DNA of 60,734 nucleotides from positions 1-60,734 of the forward strand of contig JANLSU010000065.1 of the NCBI GenBank assembly GCA_031362565.1, in the 5' to 3' direction. A program made the translations under genes and the position numbers. Below are positions 8,919-18,665 of the stretch, one piece after another; position 1 is the first letter of the stretch; every line of letters starts with the position of its first letter. Source of the stretch: a bacterium. Lineage in GTDB: Bacteria > Krumholzibacteriota > Krumholzibacteriia > G020349025. Below the pieces are notes generated by a model. That model did not search any database. It saw only the letters and a list, made by a program, of their open reading frames with translations, and was not told where the DNA came from.

Positions 8919-9566
8919 ATGATTACTGCGTGCAAGCGGCGTTGGTGGTATGCGCTTTTGGCAGGCGTTACGACACTCTATGGATCGCTGGATGCTCGGG
9001 CGGCGTCCCGCAGCACCGAGACCGAATCCTATGATGTCCACATCGGAGTGTTCTTCGACGCCCAGGGAACCGTCTGTTCCGGCACGATTCGTCCGGGAGT
9101 TCCCGGGACCATCTACATCCTGTCGAAATCCCGGCCTGGGACTGAAGTCCCCTCGGGCGCCGAATTCAGTTTCGAAGGACTCCCGAGCACGTGGTCGGCC
9201 TACGCCGTCCCGAACCCGGGCGCCTTGTCCCTCGGGGATCCGTTCGCCAACGGTGTCAACATCGCGACGTTGGGAAGGTCCTGCGCGGAGCCGGATGCCA
9301 ACCCGATCCTGTTGCTGTACACAGTGCTCATCCTGGCGACCGACGAGCAGGACGACGTCCGCTTCCGGCTCGTTGCGCGCCTCCCGCCCAGCAATCCAGG
9401 GTTCGATTGTCCCCTCATCACCGAGTGCGAAGCACCGACCTTCTACATGCGCTGTGCGCGTAGTGTGCCGTGCTTCGTGAATGCGACGGCGCCAGCACCG
9501 TGTGCGGCAGCGATCACTGCGGTCCAATCGACAACATGGACGGGGCTGCGCGCGCTGTACAGGTAG
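8919..9566 (+). CDS. Secreted Cys-rich hypothetical protein with C-terminal TWxxLRALYR tail
   Basis: GGAGG RBS, signal peptide, IGVFFDAQGTVC...CPLITECEAPTF domain, ends AVQSTTWTGLRALYR*. Confidence 0.8.
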   Translation: MITACKRRWWYALLAGVTTLYGSLDARAASRSTETESYDVHIGVFFDAQGTVCSGTIRPGVPGTIYILSKSRPGTEVPSGAEFSFEGLPSTWSAYAVPNPGALSLGDPFANGVNIATLGRSCAEPDANPILLLYTVLILATDEQDDVRFRLVARLPPSNPGFDCPLITECEAPTFYMRCARSVPCFVNATAPAPCAAAITAVQSTTWTGLRALYR

Positions 9567-9586
9567 CAATTCTGCGGGCGCCACGG

Positions 9587-9711
9587 TGGCGGGACAGACG
9601 GTATTGCGGCGGGTTTTCTTGCTGCGGTGAGCGGCAGCGTCGCGGTGCGAAAACCGTCCGCAGGTGACACAGGGCCGGCAGCGATGCCGGCCCTCGCCGT
9701 CTCGCCCGCCA
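9587..9711. other. Structured intergenic element (three-way junction); candidate cis-regulatory RNA or miniature repeat element
   Basis: P1 9587-9601/9697-9711 (13/15 bp), P2 9605-9618/9649-9662 (12/14 bp), P3 9671-9680/9685-9694 (perfect 10 bp, GCGA loop). Confidence 0.55.
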
Positions 9712-9775
9712 TTTACCATTGTGCGGTACTCTGTGCGCCAACGGCTGCTGTGTCACTCGCGCCGGGGAGCGTAGC

Positions 9776-10783
9776 TTGAATCACTGGGCGAAGTTGCTCG
9801 AGACCGCCCGGCACGCGCCGTCCCCGCACAATGTACAGCCGTGGCGGTTGCGGCCGGTCTCCGATGACGAAGCGGAGTTGTGCATCGAGAAACGCCGCAC
9901 GCTGCCGAAAGAGGATGTGACGGGCAGCTTCATCATCCTCACGATGGCGATGTTCATCGAGACATTGGACCTGGTGGCCCGGCTGCATGGGCTGCGGGTG
10001 GACGCGGCACTTGTGCATGAGCCGGCTTGGTATTCGGCACGCCACTTGGCAACCATTCACGACGCAATCCTGCCGTTTGCTCATCTAAGTCTCCGGTCTT
10101 CGACGGAGCCAGCACCGTTCACCGAAGATCTCTTCCGGGCCCGGCGCACTTCGCGCTTGCGGCTCGCGCCGGATCCAGTGCCGGCCGAGGCGGTGCAGGC
10201 GCTTCAGGATGTAGCGCGGCGGTGGGGCCACCGCTATTCTCAAGTCGAAAATTCGGCCGTCATCGAACGCCTGTTGAAATGCAACACTGCTGCGGTCTTC
10301 GAGGATCTCAACACCCCGGACTATCATGACGAGATTGCGAGTTGGTTCCGTTTTACCGACCGCACGGCGCGGCGCAGCCGCGATGGGCTCGACCACCGTT
10401 GCATGAACGTCGCCGGATTGGAGCTGTGGGCGGTGACGCGCGCCCCGGGTCTACTTCGCCTGCCAATCGCCACGGGATTGCTCGCCAAACGGTACCGGCG
10501 CCAGATTGGTCCGGTACCGACATTGGGTGTACTCGCCGGAGGGTTCTGGAAACCCGACGAGGCGTTCGAAGCGGGGCGGCTCCTGATCTGGTTCTGGCTC
10601 GAGACGGCGCGCCGCGGCTTGTACATTCATCCGTTCGGCAACCTGGTCACCAACCCGCGTGCCGCCGCGACATGCAAGACCATGATCGGTCTCGACGACA
10701 TTTGGTTGGTCTTCAAGATCGGGCGGTGTAGCGAACCTCCGGCAAGCTATCGACTGTCCGTGGAGGAGATCCTACTTGCTTGA
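9776..10783 (+). CDS. Acg-like FMN-binding nitroreductase-fold protein
   Basis: ARHAPSPHNVQPW motif; RRTSR in the second domain; GGGGAG RBS before TTG at 9776. Confidence 0.75.
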   Translation: MNHWAKLLETARHAPSPHNVQPWRLRPVSDDEAELCIEKRRTLPKEDVTGSFIILTMAMFIETLDLVARLHGLRVDAALVHEPAWYSARHLATIHDAILPFAHLSLRSSTEPAPFTEDLFRARRTSRLRLAPDPVPAEAVQALQDVARRWGHRYSQVENSAVIERLLKCNTAAVFEDLNTPDYHDEIASWFRFTDRTARRSRDGLDHRCMNVAGLELWAVTRAPGLLRLPIATGLLAKRYRRQIGPVPTLGVLAGGFWKPDEAFEAGRLLIWFWLETARRGLYIHPFGNLVTNPRAAATCKTMIGLDDIWLVFKIGRCSEPPASYRLSVEEILLA

Positions 10784-12269
10784 CCGTTTGATGTTGCGGG
10801 GCGTGATTTGGTTCCTGGGCGGAATCCGGCTCTTGCTGAGCCTCGACCGCCGCGCGTACCTCGTGTTCACGCTCGGACCGGTGCAGTCGCTCTTGGCGGC
10901 GATCGGCCGCCTGCGGGCGCGCGAGGTCTTTCTCAAGGCGCGGCAACATTGTCCAGCGTACCGTGATTTCCTCACCGCTGCCGGCAAACCGCGCGGCGTC
11001 CCATGGCGATGGTCACAGGTGCCGGTCACGTCCAAGGACAGTTACGTCAAGCCTTACAGCATCGAAGCGCGCTGCTACGGAGGGGCAATCCCGGCGCGCG
11101 GCGTCGTCATCGACGAGTCATCGGGTTCGTCTGGTGTGCCGAACAACTGGGTGCGGAGTGCCCGCGAGCGCCGCGAGGTGAAGCGGATCCTGCAACTGAA
11201 CTACGATCTGATCTACGGCGACCGTGGTTCGATGCTCCTCAATTGTTTCGCGCTCGGCCCGTGGGCAACGGGCATGAATGTCTCGATGTCGCTCGTGGAT
11301 GTCGGCATTCTGAAGTCGATCGGACCCGACGCCAAGAAGCTCGAAACAACGCTCGCGACTTTCGGGCCGCGCTACCGGTACCTCATCTTCGGATACCCGC
11401 CGTTCATCAAGTCGTTCGTGGACGGCGTGATGCTGAATCTCTCGCGCTACGAACTCGACCTCGTCGTCGGCGGCGAGGGCATCTCCGAGAACCTGCGTGC
11501 CTATCTCTCACGCCATTTCAAGAGCGTCATTTCTTCGTATGGAGCCTCGGACCTCGAGATCAACATCGGCGTCGAAACCAGCCTGACGATTGCGCTCCGG
11601 CAGGCGTGTGCCAAGGAGCCGGATCTCTCGACGGCACTCTTTGGGCGTGAGACCCCGCCGATGATCTTCCAGTACAACGCGGTCGATTACCTCATCGAGA
11701 CGCAGGCGGATGGAACGCTCCTGTTCACCGTCTGCCGCCACGACAGCGCGGCCCCCAAGGTGCGCTACGACTTGAAGGATGTGGGCGGCGTCATGACCTA
11801 CGCCACGCTCGAGCGGGCCTTGCGGCAACGCGGCATCGCGATCGCCAACCTCGCGGCACGGCGCAGCCGCTTCCCGATCTTGTTCGTGTACGGCCGCGCC
11901 GACCTCACCGTGCCGTTCTTCGGTGCCAAGATCTATCCGACCGATCTCGAGGCCGTCATCCACGGCCACCCGGTACTGTCCAAGGCCGTGCGGTCGTTTC
12001 AATTCACGAGCCTCGAGAACGCCGCCGGCGACCGGCGGTTGGTGATCGAACTGGAGCGCAGCGAATTGGTGGCGCGCAGCGAGATACCCGCGGACTTACG
12101 TGCCGTGTTCTTCGACGGCTTGGCGGGCTGCAACCAGGATTTCCGCGAGGTGACTCGCATGTTCAACCGCGAGGCGATCGAGATCCACGTACACGACTCC
12201 GGCATGGGTCCGTTCGCCGGTGCCGATGTGCGGGTGAAGAGCCGGTATATCGGCACGCCGCCGGTGTAG
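10776..12269 (+). CDS. Phenylacetate-CoA ligase-like (PaaK/CoF-synthetase family) adenylate-forming enzyme
   Basis: P-loop ESSGSSGVP, YGASD, RYDLKD, GRAD; overlaps the upstream gene. Confidence 0.8.
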   Translation: MLDRLMLRGVIWFLGGIRLLLSLDRRAYLVFTLGPVQSLLAAIGRLRAREVFLKARQHCPAYRDFLTAAGKPRGVPWRWSQVPVTSKDSYVKPYSIEARCYGGAIPARGVVIDESSGSSGVPNNWVRSARERREVKRILQLNYDLIYGDRGSMLLNCFALGPWATGMNVSMSLVDVGILKSIGPDAKKLETTLATFGPRYRYLIFGYPPFIKSFVDGVMLNLSRYELDLVVGGEGISENLRAYLSRHFKSVISSYGASDLEINIGVETSLTIALRQACAKEPDLSTALFGRETPPMIFQYNAVDYLIETQADGTLLFTVCRHDSAAPKVRYDLKDVGGVMTYATLERALRQRGIAIANLAARRSRFPILFVYGRADLTVPFFGAKIYPTDLEAVIHGHPVLSKAVRSFQFTSLENAAGDRRLVIELERSELVARSEIPADLRAVFFDGLAGCNQDFREVTRMFNREAIEIHVHDSGMGPFAGADVRVKSRYIGTPPV

Positions 12270-12323
12270 CGCGTCAATGCCGGTTTTGGAACCGAGCGTC
12301 AAACCTACGACCACCAACGGGCC

Positions 12324-12554
12324 CTACTTGCGAAAAGGTCGCTTTGTCGTGTCGATGAACTTTGCCTTGATCTCGGTCGTGGTCGAAAACTCTCCGGCGG
12401 CGCCTGGAAACTGCGGCGCCGCGAGTGGTCTACAGCGGCATTGAAATGAGGACGGTTTGCGGTCCTTCACCGCCGATTCTTGCTTGGATGGTGCCTGAAA
12501 AAGCTGGCCCCCACACATGGGGCAATACACCTTGTCTCCAAGCATCGATGTCAT
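12324..12554 (-). CDS. Small putative zinc-ribbon protein
   Basis: AAGGAG RBS; CPMC...CRC; 76 aa filling an intergenic gap. Confidence 0.55.
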   Translation of the reverse strand: MTSMLGDKVYCPMCGGQLFQAPSKQESAVKDRKPSSFQCRCRPLAAPQFPGAAGEFSTTTEIKAKFIDTTKRPFRK

Positions 12555-12652
12555 CGCTTCTCCTTATAGAAAATCGAGGTCACGTCTCTTGTCTTGGAAG
12601 CACGACGAACCACACCGCCCAGACGTCTCATCGGCACTGGCTGTGCGCTCGT

Positions 12653-14022
12653 TCAGAGATCCTTCGCATGCTCCGCTGCATGCATCGTCGCGCGGTACAC
12701 ATCGTCGACCGGGATGCCGGCGGCGTCAGCGACGGCGCGGATGCTTTCGTACTCGGGCGTGACGCGGCGCTTGCCGTCCGGACGAATGGCGATCTTGACG
12801 CGCACTCGACCAAGCTTGGTGTCGAGTTCGGCAGTGCGGCGTTCGAGCTCCCAACGCTCTTCTTCGTGCACGCGGACGCCAAGCGTCGTCGTCTCATTGA
12901 GCAACAACCGCACAAACGTCTCTGCGTCCGCCGGCCGCGCGACGACTGTAACGAGCGTCCCCGGGCGCGATTTTTTCATGTGCACTGGTGCGTAGAAAAC
13001 GTCAAGCGCCCCCGCCGCAAAGAGTCGCGACATGACACTCCCGAACAACTCTGGCACCATGTCGTCGATCTGGGTCCGCAGGACGGCGACCCGGCCGCGC
13101 TGAATGGCACCGGGCTCGCGCGCCGCAGGTTCGTGCGAGTGGCTGTGAGTGTGGCCGGGTTCGTGAGGATGCGCGTGCGAGTGCGCATCGCCAGGCTGGT
13201 GCGCGTGCGCATGTTCCGCCCCACTCGCCCCGTGGGTGGCGCGGCCCGTCAAAACAATCGCCGGTTCGACCGCCGGCAATTCATCGCCGCCCTCCGCGTC
13301 CGAATCTACGAGCAACAACCGCAGCACATTCGGCGCATCCACAAAATCGCGCATCCCAGCGCCATATCCCGTCGACCGTACCTGCACCGCTGTCGACCCG
13401 AGCGGCTTGGCGAACGTCCGCAGCAACGCCGCGCCGGTCGGCGTCAGCCGCTCGCCGTCCACTTCTGTCCACCGAATTGGATAGCCCTCGACCAGTTGCA
13501 GCACCGCGGGCGGCGGCACGGGCATCATGCCGTGCTCGGTACGCGTCCGGCCGCGTCCAACGATCAATTGCGACACCCGCATGCCGCGCACCCCATGCTT
13601 CTGGCACAGCCAATCGAGCCCGACACACGCACCCGCGATATCGACGATGGCGTCGACGGCGCCGACTTCATGAAAATGAACTTCATCGACCGGCACGCGG
13701 TGCACACCGGCCTCGGCCTCCGCCAGTCGCCGGAACACCTGCACGGCCCATGACCGCGCCCGCTCGCTCAACCGGCCGCCCTGGAGAATGGCAACCACGT
13801 CGCCGAAGTGCCGGTGCGCGTGCTCGCCCGCCGCGATATCGACGTGCACCTGCGTCGCACCAATCGTATTCCTCGTGACCCGTTCGGAGCGCACCGACCA
13901 ACCGGCGAGCGGCAGTGTCGCAAGCGCGTCCCGAATGACCTCGAGCGGCACGCCCGCATCGACAAGAGCGCCGAGCGTCATGTCGCCGCTCATCCCGGAC
14001 GGGCAGTCGAATACGATCCAGC

Positions 14023-14026
<4 letters not shown>
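12653..14026 (-). CDS. larC: Nickel-pincer cofactor biosynthesis protein LarC
   Basis: FDCPSGMSGDM, VHFHEVGAVDAIVD, TPTGAA, GYGAG, His-rich insert, MKKSRPG, TTTLGVR, PEYE. Confidence 0.93.
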
Positions 14027-14785
<759 letters not shown>

Positions 14786-14793
<8 letters not shown>

Positions 14794-15841
14794 GGGCCGT
14801 CTCCGGTGCCGACGCCGACTCGCACGACAATTGGCTGAACGATGCCGTGCGGCCTTCCGCCGCCGCCGCGTCGCCGCCCAATTCTTCATAGCGCCGCAGG
14901 ATGTCCTCCACCTCGGCGTAGGTGTCGGCGCAGAAGATCCGCGTCCGCAATTCCTTCGAGCCCGGCAGATCGGCCACGTACCACGCCAGGTGTTTGCGCA
15001 TGGCGCGTACGACCCGCACCGGATCGCCCGACGACTCCTCGAGTTCGAGGCGCAAATTATAGAGCGCCATTTCGACGCGATCCAACGGCGTCGGCTCGAA
15101 CGCCACTTCGCCGGCCAACCGCGCCTTCACCTGTGCGAAGATCCACGGATAGCCGAAGCTGCCGCGGCCGATCATGATCGAGTCGCAGCGCGTCTCTTCG
15201 AACATGCGCATCGCGTCATCGGCACGCACGATGTCACCGTTGCCGATGACGGGGATGCGAACCGCGTCCTTGGCAGCGGCGATCCAGTCCCAGCGCGCCT
15301 TGCCGCCAAAGCCCATGGACTTGGTGCGAGCGTGGATGCTCATCCACTGGGCACCTTCCGACTCGATGATGCGCGCCGCGTCCACCGCCACGATCGACTG
15401 CTCGTCCCAGCCGGCGCGAATCTTCACCGACACGGGCACCTGGGAGCGCGCCACGACCGCACCGACGACGCGCCCCAGGCGCGGCAAGTCACGCAGCAAG
15501 TCCGAGCCGCCCGCATTGCGCACCACCTTGCGTGCCGGGCAGCCCATATTGATGTCGATGGCGTCCGGCCGGAGTTCGTTCACGAGATCAACGGCGAGCG
15601 CCATCTTGTGCGGATCGCCGCCAAAGATCTGGACGGCGACCGGCCGCTCCGCAGGCGTGAACCGCGCCAGCTCGTAGCTCCGCAGGCTGTCCCGGGTCAG
15701 CGCCTCGCTCGACACGAGTTCGGTGACGCAGTAGTCAGCCCCCTGCTCCTTGCAGAGCCGGCGGTAGATGCTGTTCGTGATGCTCGCCACGGGTGCCAGC
15801 GCCACACGCCGGCCCCGCAGCCATTGCTGCAGGTTTTCCAC
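14786..15841 (-). CDS. dusB: tRNA-dihydrouridine synthase B
   Basis: QIFG, DINMGCP, VKIRAGWD, HART, GNGDI, MIGRG, MRKH. Confidence 0.92.
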
Positions 15842-15905
15842 GCAGCAACGATACCATTTTTTCTGATTTCCGCATGCGGCCCGTCTCGGCTACACTGCCC
15901 GCCTT

Positions 15906-17456
15906 ATGGTCGACCTCGAAACCATCGTCGGACTCTGCAAACGCCGCGGCTTCGTCTTCCAGTCGAGCGAGATCTACGGAGGTCTCGGATCGGCCTGGGA
16001 CTACGGCCCGCTTGGCGTCGAGCTGAAGCGTAACGTCAAGGCGTTGTGGTGGCGCGACAACATCCAGATGCGGGAAGACATGGTGGGGCTCGACGCCGCC
16101 ATCACCATGCACCCGAAGGTCTGGGAAGCGAGCGGCCACGCCGCCAACTTCGCCGATCCGTTCGTCGCCTGCACCGCGTGCCAGCGGAACTACCGCGCCG
16201 ACCACGTGGGCGGCGAGATGAAGCGTGCGAAATGGGTCGCCGGGATCCAAAAGGCGCTCGCCGGACCCGCCGGCCTGAAAGACCCCGAAAAAGCGGTCAA
16301 GAATTGGGCGATGAGCGACGGCAAGAACGCCGGGCCCGGCTTGCCGTTCGTCAAGAATCCCGAAGACACCGCCGCCATTCGCGCCATGATCGATGCTCTG
16401 GCGAATCCGGACACCCTTCCGGAGCGCTGCCCGTCGTGCGGCGGCACGCTCTCCGACCCCAAGCCCGCGAATCTCATGCTGACGACCGTGCTCGGGCCCG
16501 TCGAAGCGACCGGCACGCGGGTGTTCCTGCGGCCCGAAACCGCGCAGGGCATCTTCGTCAACTTCGACAACGTGCTGACGTCGTCGCGCAAGAAGCTGCC
16601 GTTCGGCATCGGGCAAATCGGCAAGTCGTTCCGCAACGAGATCACCCCGGGCAATTTTACCTTCCGGACGCGCGAGTTCGAGCAGATGGAGATCGAGTAT
16701 TTCTGCAAGCCCGGTACAGAGGACGAGCATTACAAGCTGTGGATTCAGAGCCGCTTCGACTGGTACGTGCGCTACGGGATCAAACCGGAGAATCTGCGCT
16801 TGCGTCCGCACGGGGCGGACGAGCTGGCGCACTACGCCCGGGGCTGCACCGACGTCGAGTATCTCTTCCCGATGGGCTGGAGCGAACTCGAAGGCATCGC
16901 AAGCCGCGGCGACTACGATCTCAAGCAGCACACCAAGTTCTCGGGCAAGGGACTCGACTACTTCGATGACGAGACGCGGGAGCGTTTCGTGCCTTGTGTG
17001 ATCGAGCCTGCCGCCGGCGCCGATCGTGCCACGCTGGCGTTCTTGGTCGATGCCTATCGCGAAGAGCAGGTCAAAGACGAGAAGCGCGTCGTGCTCGGCT
17101 TCCATCCGGAGGTCGCACCGGTCAAGATCGCGGTGCTGCCGCTCCTCAAGAAGCGCGACGACGTCGTGTCGACGGCGCGCGGCATCGCCCAGTTGTTGCG
17201 CCACAAGTGGGTCACGGTGTACGACGACACCGCCGCCATCGGCAAGCTCTACCGCCGCCAGGACGAGATCGGCACGCCCTATTGCATCACCGTCGACGTG
17301 CAAACCGTCGGCGAGTCGGACAAGGGCGAAGCCGCCGACCACCAGGTCACGATTCGCGAGCGCGATTCGATGGAACAAATTCGCGTCCCCATCGACAGCA
17401 TTCCGGCCATCATGGAAACAGTACTCACCAAGGGCTGGGCAGCGCGGCCGCGGTAA
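15906..17456 (+). CDS. glyQS: Glycine--tRNA ligase (alpha2, class IIa type)
   Basis: EIYGG, DYGPLG, LRPETAQGIF, FRNEITP, REFEQME, LAHY, YRRQDEIGTP. Confidence 0.97.
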   Translation: MVDLETIVGLCKRRGFVFQSSEIYGGLGSAWDYGPLGVELKRNVKALWWRDNIQMREDMVGLDAAITMHPKVWEASGHAANFADPFVACTACQRNYRADHVGGEMKRAKWVAGIQKALAGPAGLKDPEKAVKNWAMSDGKNAGPGLPFVKNPEDTAAIRAMIDALANPDTLPERCPSCGGTLSDPKPANLMLTTVLGPVEATGTRVFLRPETAQGIFVNFDNVLTSSRKKLPFGIGQIGKSFRNEITPGNFTFRTREFEQMEIEYFCKPGTEDEHYKLWIQSRFDWYVRYGIKPENLRLRPHGADELAHYARGCTDVEYLFPMGWSELEGIASRGDYDLKQHTKFSGKGLDYFDDETRERFVPCVIEPAAGADRATLAFLVDAYREEQVKDEKRVVLGFHPEVAPVKIAVLPLLKKRDDVVSTARGIAQLLRHKWVTVYDDTAAIGKLYRRQDEIGTPYCITVDVQTVGESDKGEAADHQVTIRERDSMEQIRVPIDSIPAIMETVLTKGWAARPR

Positions 17457-17472
17457 GCGCCAGAGGGGCACT

Positions 17473-17910
17473 GTGTCGGAGAAGGCACCGCAAAGTTTCA
17501 GCCACCACCGCCGGATCGTTCCGCTCTTTCATGTCGTGTGCGTCGGCTGCCTGGTAGCCTATTTCGTCTATTCGGCCTTCAAGCTGGTGCGGGTTCCGTC
17601 GACGGACAACTTCTTCCAGATCCTGCTCGCCTTCGCGCTGCTCCCTCTGGCCTGGTTCGCGCGCGCCTTCCCGGTGACCGCCCAGGACCGCATCATCCGG
17701 CTCGAGATGAAACTTCGCCTGCAGGCCCTGGCGCCCGATCTCATGCCACGCTTCGACCGCTTCGACGCCAAGCAGCTCGTGGCGCTGCGTTTCGCGAGTG
17801 ACGCCGAACTTCCGGACCTGGCGCGCCAGGTGCTGGACGGCAAGCTCATCAAAGGTGCCGACATCAAGCGCCAGATCCGCGATTGGCGGCCGGACCACTT
17901 GCGCGTGTAG
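17473..17910 (+). CDS. Small membrane protein (DUF6526-like)
   Basis: GTG at 17473 after GAGGGG; QSFSHHRRIVPLFH, QDRIIRLE, QLVALRFASD, ends WRPDHLRV. Confidence 0.7.
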   Translation: MSEKAPQSFSHHRRIVPLFHVVCVGCLVAYFVYSAFKLVRVPSTDNFFQILLAFALLPLAWFARAFPVTAQDRIIRLEMKLRLQALAPDLMPRFDRFDAKQLVALRFASDAELPDLARQVLDGKLIKGADIKRQIRDWRPDHLRV

Positions 17911-18032
17911 CACGGGCCGCGGCTTGAGCCTTGAACACCGATGCCAATGCTTGCTAGATTGCAGTCGACTTGCGCTCGCACCCAATGCAAATGGCATCGG
18001 CAGAGTTCGTTCGTCGCGCTGGAGGTCCTTCC

Positions 18033-18656
18033 ATGTCGAGTCGGCAACTGTTTCGAACCTGTGTGTTGGCGATCGGCGTGACCCTCGTCGGTTGCTCCAA
18101 ACACACCATGGTGTCGCGGATCGATCCCGCCACGACCGTGGACCTCTCCGGCAATTGGAACGACACCGATTCCCGCCTGGTCTCCGACGAAATGATCCAG
18201 GATGCGCTGACCATGGGCGGTCAATCGCGTCCGTGGCTCGCGAACCATATGAAGAACAGCAGCAAGAACCCGGCGGTCATCGTCGGCGCGATCCGCAATC
18301 TGACCGACGAGCACATCGCGACCCCGACTTTCGTCGGCGATATCGAGCGCGCCTTCATCAATTCGGGCAGTGTGCGGATCGTCGCGACTTCCGACGAGCG
18401 CGGTGGCGTGCGCGAAGAGCGGCGTGACCAGCAAGCCAATGCCGACGAAACAACTATCAAGAACTTCGGCAAGGAACTCGGCGCCGACTACATGCTGATC
18501 GGCACGATCAGCAAGATCCTGGACCAAGAGGGCAAGGAGAAGATCGCCTTCTACCAGATCGACCTTAGCATGGCCGACATCCAGAGCAACGAAAAAGTTT
18601 GGGTCGGGCAGAAGAAGATCAAGAAATACATCGCACGGCATCCGTTCAAACCGTAG
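18033..18656 (+). CDS. LpoB/YcfM-like lipoprotein (PBP activator family)
   Basis: Lipobox LVGC; DLSGNWNDTD; IRNLTDEHI; ELGADYML; final KKIKK motif. Confidence 0.8.
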   Translation: MSSRQLFRTCVLAIGVTLVGCSKHTMVSRIDPATTVDLSGNWNDTDSRLVSDEMIQDALTMGGQSRPWLANHMKNSSKNPAVIVGAIRNLTDEHIATPTFVGDIERAFINSGSVRIVATSDERGGVREERRDQQANADETTIKNFGKELGADYMLIGTISKILDQEGKEKIAFYQIDLSMADIQSNEKVWVGQKKIKKYIARHPFKP

Positions 18657-18665
18657 CCGGCACTC

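Noticed and set aside
9690..9711. The structured element ends in ...CCCGCCA, like a tRNA 3' end
   Set aside because: No T-loop (TTCGA), D-arm or anticodon arm; not tRNA, tRNA-Sec or tmRNA.
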